Sequence record: OZ234891.1
Direction: 5' to 3' (one strand)
Length of the DNA stretch: 32,000 nt
Under the pieces are notes generated by a model, which saw only the letters and a list, made by a program, of their open reading frames with translations, was not told the origin of the DNA and ran no database searches. A program made the position numbers and the translations under genes. Positions within the stretch are counted from its first letter, which is position 1. Each line of letters opens with the position of its first letter. This document shows, one piece after another, positions 8,639-19,983 of the stretch.

Positions 8639-10000
8639 TATTTTATTTTTAATTAATTTAGCTCTTTATAGTATTTGCTATTGTTTGTAACTAATTTGTA
8701 TTATTGCGATTTTTAACTTGTTATTTTATATACTTGAGGTTTTGATATTTCTACTTCATTAGCGTTTTTCAGATACAGCTTAAAAAAAAAAAACTACCGG
8801 TCTCCGCTGTTGTAATGCTATTTTAAATGTTTTTTTTTCTATAGTACAAATTCAGTGCTATGAATAAATAACACATATGGTATTCCGTTAAATTCTTAGG
8901 GCGGTAGGGTGGGGAGGGATGGATGGGCTATCAAACGTAATGAGAACAAAGAAACTAAGTCTCATGAATATATAACTGAGCTCTTTTAACCTATCATACA
9001 AGCTTAATATGCTGCGTATAAAAAGGAAAAAGAGTTTTGTTATTAACTTTAACTAAATTATAACGATACGATTATGGATGGAAATTTACTGTCTTTATTT
9101 TCTATTGTTATTTTTAGTTTAATGAAATAAATTATGTTTAAGAGATTAACCTCTTTATTTAAAATAATAATCTTTTCTTAAACATTTAAAATATATTATA
9201 TGACAACATTTACTAACAACACCTTTTTTATTAATAATTTATCTCACTTTACAGATTTAAATTACGCCGTACGGCATTATTTTTATTTTATTTTCTGTTA
9301 TTATAGCTATAGCTTTACCTATAATATTCCTTAGTGGTAAGAAATTTTTTGATTACGCACATAAAGGTATTACAACTACAGGAGCTGCTAATGGTATTTA
9401 TAGAGGATTAACAGGAAATATAAGGAGGTGGAAATTGTATACTGTTTTGTTTTTCTATCGACCACTATATGGAGGGGAATAGTGATGATTATTATACCAC
9501 TTCTGCATTGAGACACTACTTACTAGAGAAAGGATTTAGAAAATTTTGAGGGTTTTGTATTCTTGAATTTTTTAGCCTTTATTAGTGGGTAGCTTTTTGA
9601 ATTTTTTTCAACATCTTTCTTTTCTATATTACTCTTACTATTACTTAGAGTTTTTTGAGTTGTATAGATATTTGGGGTTGACTACCTACATTTTTTATAT
9701 ATTTTGTATTTTATATATTTGTGGAACCCTAATACAAACAGGGTTTTTATACAAACACTTACTTATTTCGCCTTGTATGATAAAGAGAGGAGGGAGCGTG
9801 AATTGGCATTGTCACATATCTGTAATTTATTGACTTATTTTTTAGGTCTTTTACTCAGATTTAACTCTGATCTTTTTTAATTTTTACTTCGATTTAGAGT
9901 TAAGAAGTTTAATTTTTTTTAATACATATTTTAGTGAATGCCTTACTACTTTTATTTTTATTAAAACTTTTTTTAATATTTTTTAGTTGTTACACTTTTT

Positions 10001-10018
10001 TAGACTCTTTTCAATTTT
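10001..10018 (+). promoter_or_regulatory. conserved upstream motif TAGACTCTTTTCAATTTT, 40 nt before the ATG of ORF 10041
   Basis: Exact 18-mer copy of 11558-11575 at the same distance to the start codon. Confidence 0.4.
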
Positions 10019-10040
10019 TAATTTATAATAAACTACAAAC

Positions 10041-11075
10041 ATGCAAACATTTTTTTCTCAAATTTATTTAATTAATTATATTACTTATTTTATAATTATT
10101 TTTTTTACTATGTCTTTATTAAAGAAAATTGAATTTGTAACTGATAATAAGTTATCAATTGAATATTTTTTATCTTTTTTTATTTTATATAATATTATAT
10201 TATTATTTGTTTCATTATTTTTTAATATCTTAAATAGTAATTTAGATTTAAATTTAATATTGTACTCAACAAATTCAAATGCTGTTCAAGGTCAGGACCC
10301 TGTTAGATGATGACCTTCTGGTACAGCCCAAAGTTGAGGAATAATTGGAGCTGCTATAGCTACTTATAGAGCGGTTCCAGGATCACCTCGAGTAAGAGCT
10401 GCTTTTAGTACGATTGGTGTAACGGCTCCTGCTGCTGTTTTAGCTATGGCGGTAGAAAATCCTAATGGATTTAATAGATTAATGTATAGTTGAATTGAGT
10501 ATAGTAGAACAGGAAGTTGACCTAGTAATATACCTACAACTGTAAATAGTGAAACAGTTGTTGAAAATTTTGAATCAAATTCGAATACTAAAGTAGACGA
10601 TCATCGTATTAGTCAATTAATAAATGATAATAGCGGTCAAAATGATTGAATTAAAGATATATTAAATAATTATTCTTTAGATTCATTATTAAAAAAAATA
10701 ATATCTAATTTTGAATTAGTTAATTTAGAAGGGTATTTTGATGAAATTTATGGATTTATTTGATTTAGTCAAGTATTATTACTTATTATAAGTATAAGTT
10801 TATTAATTTTATTTATAATATATTTTATTATAAATATTTTAATGTTAAATAAAGAAAAATTATTAAAAAAGTTTAATATAAGTAATAAAAATAAAATAAT
10901 TCAATTTTACATTAAATACCAAGTAATTTTAGGAAATATCAGTCTTTATATTTTACCTTTATTAATAATAATTGGATTATTTGAACTAATTTATATTTTA
11001 AATTATTTAATAACTCACCCTTTACCTATAGAATCATTAGACTCAGATATTCATACCTATATTTCTAAGAAATAA
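10041..11075 (+). CDS. hypothetical membrane protein (344 codons, table 4)
   Basis: A single frame joins track ORFs 10041-10310 and 10842-11075 through TGA codons. Hydrophobic N- and C-terminal segments flank a GC-richer core, WWPSGTAQSWGIIGAAIATYRAVPGSPRVRAAFSTIGVTAPAAVLAMAVENPNGF. I recognise no family. Confidence 0.5.
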
Positions 11076-11557
11076 AATTTAGTTTAAAAAATATTATTAT
11101 AAAACTTTCTAAGCTTTTATATGGTTTTACTTTATTTTTAGACCTTACTTTTTACTTTAGCACCTTTTTTTTAACCCCCTCGGCAACATGAGATTAGCTC
11201 CACGTGCTGTTGCTGGATATTATAATTATTTATTATAAAAACAAACTAAAATCTCTTAAATAATATTAATAACTAATATTAATTTATAAGTAAAATTAAG
11301 ATATAATAGATATGTATATTTGTATATTTCCTATTTAACCTTAATAGATTAAATTATTGTGTTTTTTTTACTTAAAGCTTTAATAATTATAAATTAAAAA
11401 TTTTAATAAAAATAATTATTTATATTATAGCGCTTTTACCTTAGTTTAATCCTAAATTTTTACCGATTTAGAGTAGAATGTAATTTTAATTAGTAAGGCA
11501 GAATATTACTATAATTTATTAATTTAATTATTAATTTATAATATAGTAATAAAAACT

Positions 11558-11575
11558 TAGACTCTTTTCAATTTT
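11558..11575 (+). promoter_or_regulatory. conserved upstream motif TAGACTCTTTTCAATTTT, 40 nt before the dpo ATG
   Basis: Exact copy of 10001-10018. The ATG is at 11598. Confidence 0.4.
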
Positions 11576-11597
11576 AAAATTAATTATATACTTACAA

Positions 11598-14500
11598 ATG
11601 ATTTCTAAAAATAAAAACACAAATAATAACGTTGATTTGTTAGATATAGATAAAATTAAAAAATATTTTATCTTTAATCGATGAGAGGATTTCTACTTTA
11701 AAATAGATACATTATCGACGGTTCATCTATCAAATCGCGGATTGATTACAAATTCGAAAATATCTTTATCTTTTGAAATATTTAAAGATATAATATTAAA
11801 GGGGGTGGAGCTATATTTAAAAAATAAATCTAATATAAAATTATTTATTTTATTTAAAATTAAAACTGTTAATAATCAATTTCGTGCCATAACCTCTTTA
11901 CAAATAGTTAATATGGAGGATATAGACAAACTTAAACAAATATTTATTGAGCTGTGAGGATTAAAGACAGAAGAATATCATTTAGCTCAAATTAGTGATA
12001 TGGTTTTTACTTATAAGTTAATTGAAAATTCTAAAATAGATACTAAAATAACTAGTCAAAATAAAACAAGTGCGCAGCGGGAAACTAAAAATGTAAATGA
12101 TCCAGGTTTAAATTTTAGTGGTTATAATTTACCAACAAATATGGATTTTACTCTATGAGGTAATTATCAATTTTTATCTGATACAGAAATAATAGTATAT
12201 AAAAAAGGTAGTAATTTAGAGTATCATATTAATTTATTTGATAAATATCAATTAGTTGAATTAAAATTAAATGATGTAATATTATTAAAATTTAAAGATT
12301 CTTTAAATGATAAAGATAATTTAGGTTCATTTACTAGATAAATTAATAATCATACTTATTAATTTGAAAATAGTAAGTTAGTTGTAAAAACTATAAAAAA
12401 GAAAGTTTCTTTTCTAACTAAAACTAAGAAAAATTTTTATAATTCTAAAAAATATATTACTATGGATTTAGAGACAAGAATTATTAATAATATAATGAGT
12501 CCATATTGTGTTAGTATTTATGATGGTATAAATTTTAAATCATTTTTTTTAACAGAATATTCTGGAATAAACGCAGAAAAAGAAATGTTAAAAGATTCTA
12601 TAAGATTTTTAATGAAACGTAAATATCATAATTATAGAGTTTTTTTACATAATTTTTCTAAATTTGATGCTGTTTTTTTACTAAATATTTTATCTGATTT
12701 AAGTGATAAGGTAAATCCTCTAATAAGAGATGGTCGATTTATAGATTTAAGATTTAAATTTGCTAATAAATATTGTTTGTTTTTTAGAGATTCGTTATTA
12801 TTATTACCTAGTTCTTTAAGAAATTTAGCTGTCAATTTCAATGTAGTTAATAAAGGTATTTTTCCTTATAAATTTGTTAATAATATAAATGTACCACTTG
12901 ATTATATAGGTAATGTACCTGAATTTTAATTTTTTTCAGATACGTCTGAAGATGAATATAAATTATATTTATCTCAATTTAGTAATAATAATTGAAACTT
13001 AAAAATTGAGACTATAAAGTATTGTGAATTAGATTGCTTTGTTCTTTATAATATAATAAACAAATTTTCTAATAATATATTTAAATTATTTAAAATAGAT
13101 ATCTTACAGTATCCTACATTATCTTCCTTAGCTTTCGCTATTTTTAGATCTAAATTTATGAATTCAGATAAAATACCTTTATTAATAGGAGAAATGTATG
13201 AATTTATTAAAAAGTCCTATACAGGAGGTAGTGTAGATGTATATAAACCAGTTTATAATAATAAAAAAATACGTAGATACGATGTTAATTCCTTGTATCC
13301 TTATGCAATGAAAAATTATCCTATGCCTGTAGGTATTCCTATTTATTTTGAAGGAGATATATTTAGATTATTTGAACTAGGTTTAATAGAAAAACCTTTT
13401 GGAATTTTTGAAGTTGATATTACAACACCTAATGATATTAAAATTCCTTTATTACAAACTCACATAAAAGTTAAAAATGGAACAACTAGAACTATAGCTC
13501 CAATAGGTAATTGAACAGGTCATTATTTATCCGATGAACTGTATAATGCTGTTAAATATGGTTATACTTTTAAAATAAAGAGAGGTTATTTGTTTGAAAA
13601 AGCTAATATATTTAGTGATTATGTAGATTTTCTTTATGAATTAAAGGAAAAAAGTGAAAAAGGATCCTCTGATTATATTATTAGTAAATTATTATTAAAT
13701 AGCTTATACGGGAGATTTGGTAATTTAAATAATTTTAATAATATTTTATTAAAAGGAGGTTGTTCATCTTTTGATAAAAAAATCATGGTTGTTGATTTAC
13801 GGAAAGCTGGCGTTAGTGTTGAAAACGAATTGATATTAAATAATGATTTTTTTACAGTTGTGAATGGTAGTTTTTATTATTTTATTAAAAATGTCAGTAT
13901 GTCTGATGATATAGTTAGTAATTATTATTTTAAAGAATTAAAATATGATTATAAAATAAATATATTAAAAGATAAGGATGATAATTATATAAATAAAAGA
14001 TATAATATAAATTTTTTATTTAAATTAAATCTTCTAAAAATATATTCTGATGTTTTAAAAATATCTCCAAATAGTTTTTTAACGGGGTATGATTTGATAT
14101 TTGTATTTGATTCTATCTATTGAGAGGTTCTTTGTAAAGTTTTTAAAACTTTTGGTATTAATTTATATGGTGGTAGTTTTACACGTAGACATTTATTAAG
14201 TAGTGTACAAGGTACATTAACTAAATTTTTATTATCAATAGATAATTTTAATTTAGATAGATTATCTATCTATAATAGTTTTACCGATATTAATAAAAAA
14301 AATAAAAAGATTAATTATTTTTTTCATTATTTAAATATTTTTAAAATGGAAGATTATTATATTCAAGATAATGAAAAAGACAGAGTTTTATGAAAAATTA
14401 GTAATTTGAAAGATTATAGTGGTTTTTATAGTTATATAGAGTTAAAAACTATGAATTTAAATTTATCCTATCAATATGTTTCTGTTATATTTGAAACGAT

Positions 14501-14861
14501 AAAAGAAAAATGCAGTGAATTAAAAAAATTAGCAGATTGTAAACGAATAAAAAATGAAACTGAATATAGATTAGATAAACTTAAAAGTGATGGAAGTAAT
14601 AAATATTCAGCTAAAAAATTATCTAAAAAAATATTAAATGCTCATAAAATTATTAATGAATGTGAAAAATTAATTAAAGAAAGTGAAGAGTACATAGAAA
14701 ACATTATAAATGATAGAATTATGATTAATCTTCGTAGATTATATTATATAAATAAGAATTTATTTAATAAGGGACAGTTTAAGTTATATCCTTCTTTATT
14801 TTTAAACACTGAAATTGAAAATATGAGAATAGAAAGGGAAAACTCTAAATTTTTAAAATAA
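11598..14861 (+). pseudogene. dpo: linear-plasmid-type protein-primed family-B DNA polymerase, one frame with three in-frame TAA stops
   Basis: Same frame throughout. Motifs are ExoI ITMDLET (12462), ExoII HNFSKFDAVFLLNIL, ExoIII YCELDCFVLYNII, Pol A YDVNSLYPYAM (13281) and Pol B SKLLLNSLYGRFG. TAA stops lie at 12339-12341, 12360-12362 and 12927-12929. No clean YxDTDS motif C is present. Confidence 0.85.
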
Positions 14862-14981
14862 ATTTTTAAATTAATTATATATATATATACCTTTAAGAAA
14901 ATACCATAATAATAAAAACTATAATAATTAAGAAAAATAGTATAATGTAGACTGTGTTAAAAAGGGTAACAAAAAGATGAC

Positions 14982-15035
14982 CTTCGTAGACTTCGTAAAC
15001 TTCGTAGAGTTCGTAGACTTCGTATACTACGTATA
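14982..15035 (+). repeat. 9-nt tandem array (CTTCGTAGA), 6 units
   Basis: TTCGTA recurs at 14983, 14992, 15001, 15010 and 15019, with TACGTA at 15028. Confidence 0.9.
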
Positions 15036-15104
15036 TCTTTAACAAAAATGGGAGTACACTTTTACAACTTCAATTTAACCAAATTTTCACTTTTTTATTT
15101 AAAA

Positions 15105-15203
15105 GGAAACTTCGTTCAAATTTTTGAAAACTCTTTAAATAAATAAATAAATTTAGAGACTTCATTCAAATTTTAGAAATCCATTTTGTCAATTTTTTAA
15201 TTT
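15105..15203 (+). promoter_or_regulatory. two copies of ACTTC(G/A)TTCAAATTTT plus a TCAATTTTTTAATTT box upstream of ORF 15208, related to the 10001/11558 motif
   Basis: ggaaacttcgttcaaatttttgaaaa (15105-15130). tagagacttcattcaaattttagaaa (15154-15179). ccattttgtcaattttttaattt (15181-15203) resembles gactcttttcaatttttaattt (10003-10024). Confidence 0.3.
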
Positions 15204-15207
15204 GCAC

Positions 15208-15846
15208 ATGAAATACCATTTTTCCAAAATTTTCAATCTTTTTCGGTCGGATCACGTTAAAAAGTTTATAACAACTTTAATTCAATTTTCTATTGTAAAA
15301 GGTGTAAAAAAAGGGGTATGTATCCCTACTTTACCCTTAAAGGTAAAAAATTTTTATATTAATTTAATTGGTTTTCTTAAACTGCACAATATATTTACGG
15401 TCTTTTCATTTGATAGAATATTTAGGATTATGGTAAATATTTTATCTTATTTTTGTTTATTTGTTTTAGTTATTAAATGTTATTATGAGTTTAGTTATTT
15501 CTTTGTTGCTATTGAATATGGATTATATTGTAGATTTGTTTTTTTTATATTAAAAAAAATTGTTTTTGATTATTTAAAAATTATTACTTTGATAGTAATT
15601 TTAATACCTATGATTATAAATAGTATTATGCTTTATATCTTAACTAGAAAGAATAAAACAGGTACTGAAAAAAATAATTTAAAAGCGCAAGATAAATATT
15701 TACCTGCTATTATAGTAAAACTTAGAAATTTATTAAGAAATATAGTTAATAATAAAGAACTTAAAATTTATTATATTTCAAGATGTAAAGCCGAATTATT
15801 TATATATATTTTAATATTTATAATATATTTAATTTGATTATATTAA
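15208..15846 (+). CDS. hypothetical hydrophobic protein (212 codons)
   Basis: ATG 15208; open through one TGA to TAA 15844-15846. Several hydrophobic stretches. No recognisable motif. Length is notable for AT-rich DNA, but composition bias could produce it. Confidence 0.35.
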
Positions 15847-16696
15847 AATAATTAAAAATGTGTAAAATTTATTATTATTACTAAACTTATACACACTTAT
15901 TTAGAATAAAAATATTGCGTTGAAAAATTATTTCTTTGAATATTAATACTAATATTTTTAAATCTTATTATTAATAATTATATTATAACTAATATAGTAT
16001 TAGTACTAGTAGGTTTAATGAGTATTATTTTACTATTATACATAAATAATATATTTAATATTTAAAAAACTATTATAATAAAAATGTAATTAAAATTTTA
16101 AAAGAGATAATAAATATTGTAAAAAAAACAAATAAAATAAAAATTTTAAATTAAATATTTAATTTTTAAATTTCAACAAGAATTTAATTTTGGTTCTGAC
16201 TGAACGTTTTTCAGTAGTTTTAAGACATGCGAATCATTGTTCATAAAATTTTACTTAGCTTAACACTATTTTACCCGCGCAAATCGTACGACCTAACAAG
16301 GTCGTTCTTTTAGCGAAAAGGGAGAGAGTGAAAGGCAAAAAAAATTAAATTAGTAAAAATAATAAAGAATAAGGTGTAAAGGTGAGTATTGTAAATCAGG
16401 TACCTTATAGACCTCATAGCGAGAGGATATTATTGATTTAGTTTGTTATTTATATTAATAAACGAAAAAACATATAAAATAATTAGTTATTTATTTACAA
16501 AAGGAAATTTTCCGCTATAAGATCCGATTTATTTCGTTTAAAGGTAGTTGGTGGAGTAATAGCCTATCCAAGCCGATGATCGGAAGCCAAGTTCGAGAGA
16601 GCAGATGGCCACATTGGGAGTGAAATGCCCCAAGTAGTGTAAACTACCAGCAGTCAAGAATCTTAGTCAATGCTCGTAAGAGTGAACTAGCTAACT

Positions 16697-18132
16697 GAAA
16701 TTATAATCACCTGGGGAACTGGGAAATGATGTAATAACGTAGAGGGAAAATAATGATATACCCTATTACTATTAGTGCTGTCCAAAGCTGTTAAGTGTTG
16801 TGGGAACTCACTATTATGGCTAAAACTATCAAACTCCGGGGACTCCCTAAAGCTCATGGTACCAAGCTATATATGAAAATATATAAGTGGCTGAACTAAT
16901 TACTCAGGTATGGTAATAAGTCATGAGATGCGAGAAATTAAAATGGGATATCGCGGATCTAAGTCAGCATTATTTTCAAATAATCCTGTAAAAGAGCAAC
17001 GAGTAGACGGTAGTTATTGCATTAAAGCCAAAACCAAAAATATGCAATTAAGGTGTACTCTAATGGATTTCGAAAGAAATTATCTAGTCAAAATCCCTTC
17101 TAACCATTTAAATAAATCAAATTTTTCTACAAGTATTATTAAAACTCCTAACAATATGGAGATGTCAGGAAAAATTGTAAATAGTTTAAATCCTTATTTT
17201 GTAACTGGATTTGCCGACGCTGAATCTTGCTTTAGTACTACTATTTATAAAAACAATAAATTAAAAACTGGATACCGTATAAGTTCTTTTTTTGAAATTA
17301 GATTAAATCAACGAGACAGTCTTATATTAAATCAGATACAAGAATTTTTTAATGGAATAGGTACTATTAGTTTAGATAAAAATTATAATGCGTTAAGATA
17401 TTCAGTTAATAATCTTAAGGATTTAACAACAATAATAATTCCTCATTTTAATAAATACTTGCTTTTAACTCAAAAAGCAGCAGATTTTAAATTATTTGAA
17501 CAAATTATAGAAATAACAAATAAAAGTTCTCATTTAACTCTTGAGGGTTTACAACAAATCATAAATATTAAAGCTTCAATGAATTTAGGTGTATCAGATA
17601 AGATCAAGTCGGAATTTAGTAATATCTATCCAGTAAAGAGAGAGATAATTCAAACTACTAATATACCTGATCCTAATTGGATTTCGGGTTTTGTAAGTGG
17701 TGAGGGTAATTTTGATGCTGGAATCAGAAAAGCAACAAATTCGGTTGGTTCAATAAAATCTAGAAAGGAGAGAGCATATTTAAGATTTAGAGTTTCACAA
17801 CATGAAAGAGATATTCAATTAATGGAGCTTATTATCCAATATTTAGGTGTCGGAAGAATTGAAAAAGATTCAAGAAAACCTCTAATATATTTGGTAGTAG
17901 GAAATTTTTCAGATATAACTCAAATAATAATTCCTTTTTTTAATAAATATCCGATACTTGGTATAAAAATTTTAGATTATCAAGATTGATGTAAAATAGC
18001 TAGTATAATAAATTCAGGTTGCCATTTAACAAATAAAGGTTTCGAAGAAATACGGCAAATAGAATCAGGAATGAATCGTGGAAGAAAAAATTAAATGTTT
18101 TATTTATTGTATGATAAATTTGATGAACCATG
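16697..18132 (+). mobile_element. rns intron 1 (near E. coli position ~510) with LAGLIDADG ORF; class undetermined, probably group I
   Basis: Interrupts ..gaactagctaact | gtgccagaag. No domain V was seen. Borders +/- a few nt. Confidence 0.6.
16910..18094 (+). CDS. double-motif LAGLIDADG homing endonuclease (rns intron 1 ORF)
   Basis: Leader MGYRGSKS..VKEQRVDGSY..LRCTLMDFERNY. Motifs YFVTGFADAESCF and WISGFVSGEGNF. One TGA=Trp at 17987-17989. Stop TAA 18092-18094. The frame is open upstream to 16751. Confidence 0.85.
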
Positions 18133-19131
18133 GGTGCCAGAAGACTCGGTAAGGCCAGAAGCACAAACGTTAGTCGTAATAATCAGGCGTAAAGGGTGTG
18201 TAGGCTGCTTTTTAAAACATTTCTTTTTAGGTTAACTACAGTCATAGAAATATTCTGATTAGAAAGAAAGGTGACTAGAAGCTAGAATCATAACGAGGTT
18301 AAACCGAATAATACTTAGAGTAGGGATAAAATCTTCAGATACTAAGGGGAATACTTAAAGGTGTAAGCTTTTTTCCACTAATGATTGACGCTGAGACACG
18401 AAGGTGAGGAAAGGAAATAGGATGTGCGACTTGTAAAGTTTAAACCTTGTATTGTATTTTTTATACATTATTTTTCATCTGATAATAGTCCACCTAAACA
18501 TGCAAGAATATTTATATAATAAATATTATTTATATAATAATAGCCCAGTAATGGTCTTGTGTGAAGCTTTAGGGTATAATTCTTAAAGATTTATCTAATC
18601 TGTAACTAATTTTTAGTTATTGAATTGGGCTTACTCCCATGGTTAGTGAAAACGAACTAATGTAAATAAAGCATATTAATTTGGCAACTAATAGTCCTAG
18701 TTAGAAGCAGGTGAACATTTAAGTTAATATAGCAAAGTTAGAACCTAAAGGAGTTAATGTACAGGTTTAGGAACAAGGTAATGCCTATAATCTGCAATTA
18801 AAAAAATTGCTAGCTAATTCGCGAGGATTAGTAGATGATTAGAGGTAAAATGATTTAGAAAAAAGCTAAGGCCTTATTGTAATGATAAGGATAGGTATTA
18901 TTACTAACCTGAAAGGGTGCCTACTTTCTAAAGGTGCTTTAAAATATATAAATTATAAAAATAAAATTAAGATAGAAAGATTATTGTAAAATATGGGTTA
19001 AATAAAAACCATAAAAAAACTAAAATTAATGCCTCTTGTTTAATAGCTATGCATAAATACTAAATTTATTCAAGACACAGTCTTTACCATTATTAGGTAA
19101 ATAAAAACAAATTATATAATATAAAAATAAA

Positions 19132-19965
19132 ATGACTTTAAATAAAAATAATAATTTAAAATTTAAGCCCTTGCGGCGAGCCTTCGCCCTGAAGGCTGAA
19201 GAATTTAATGATAAATTTTATCCTTGATTCGTAGGGTTTTGTGACGCAGAAGGTAACTTACAAACTACTAAATTCAAAAGAGTAAACAATAAGGGTATAA
19301 CTACCAGTGTTGGTTTAAAATATTCATTTCACATGGGACTACATTTAAGAGATAAAGCTTTATTGGAGTTTATTCAAACTAAATTAAATAACATAGGTAA
19401 AATATATGAATACGGAAACAAAGAAGAAATCCATTTAGCTATTTATAAGGTAGACGAATTGAAATGATTAATTGAAAATATTTTTTCAAATTATCCTTTA
19501 TTATCAAATTATCAAAGATTAAGATATGAACAATTACGAGTCGGTATTATTAATAATTATAAGAGATTGGATTCTTTAGATGATTTTCAAACTATTTTAA
19601 TAGATCCTTTATCTTTACCCACATTAAAAAGTTTTAATTTAAAAAAAGATTACCTTAATAATTGGGCTTGTGGTTTTTTAAATGGAGAAGTATCTTTTAC
19701 TTACGGTATTAATAATAATAAAGAATTTCCTAGAATAAATTTAGAGCATACCGACGAAAATGCTATAGAATTAATAAAAAAGGTTTTATCTTTGAATCTT
19801 AACACTTATACAAGAACTAGAGATCATCGTAAAACAACTTATAGTATCTCTATTAGCAGTAAAAAGGACATTCAAGATACAGTTATATTTTTAAATAATT
19901 TAAATAATATTAGAGGATTTAAATTATTACAATTTAATCAATGAAAATTAAAATATAATTTATAG
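19132..19965 (+). CDS. double-motif LAGLIDADG homing endonuclease (group II intron ORF)
   Basis: ATG 19132; frame open with TGA=Trp to TAG 19963-19965. Motifs are WFVGFCDAEGNL and WACGFLNGEVSF. Confidence 0.85.
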
Positions 19966-19983
19966 TAAAAATTTAAAATGCTT

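Noticed and set aside
9585-9833. Plus-strand ORF (82 aa)
   Set aside because: Tyr/Phe/Leu-rich composition typical of AT-rich non-coding DNA. It starts at GTG in the ORF track and has no recognisable motif.
12632-12841. Minus-strand ORF inside dpo
   Set aside because: It is antisense to conserved exonuclease motifs of dpo, so it is a shadow ORF.
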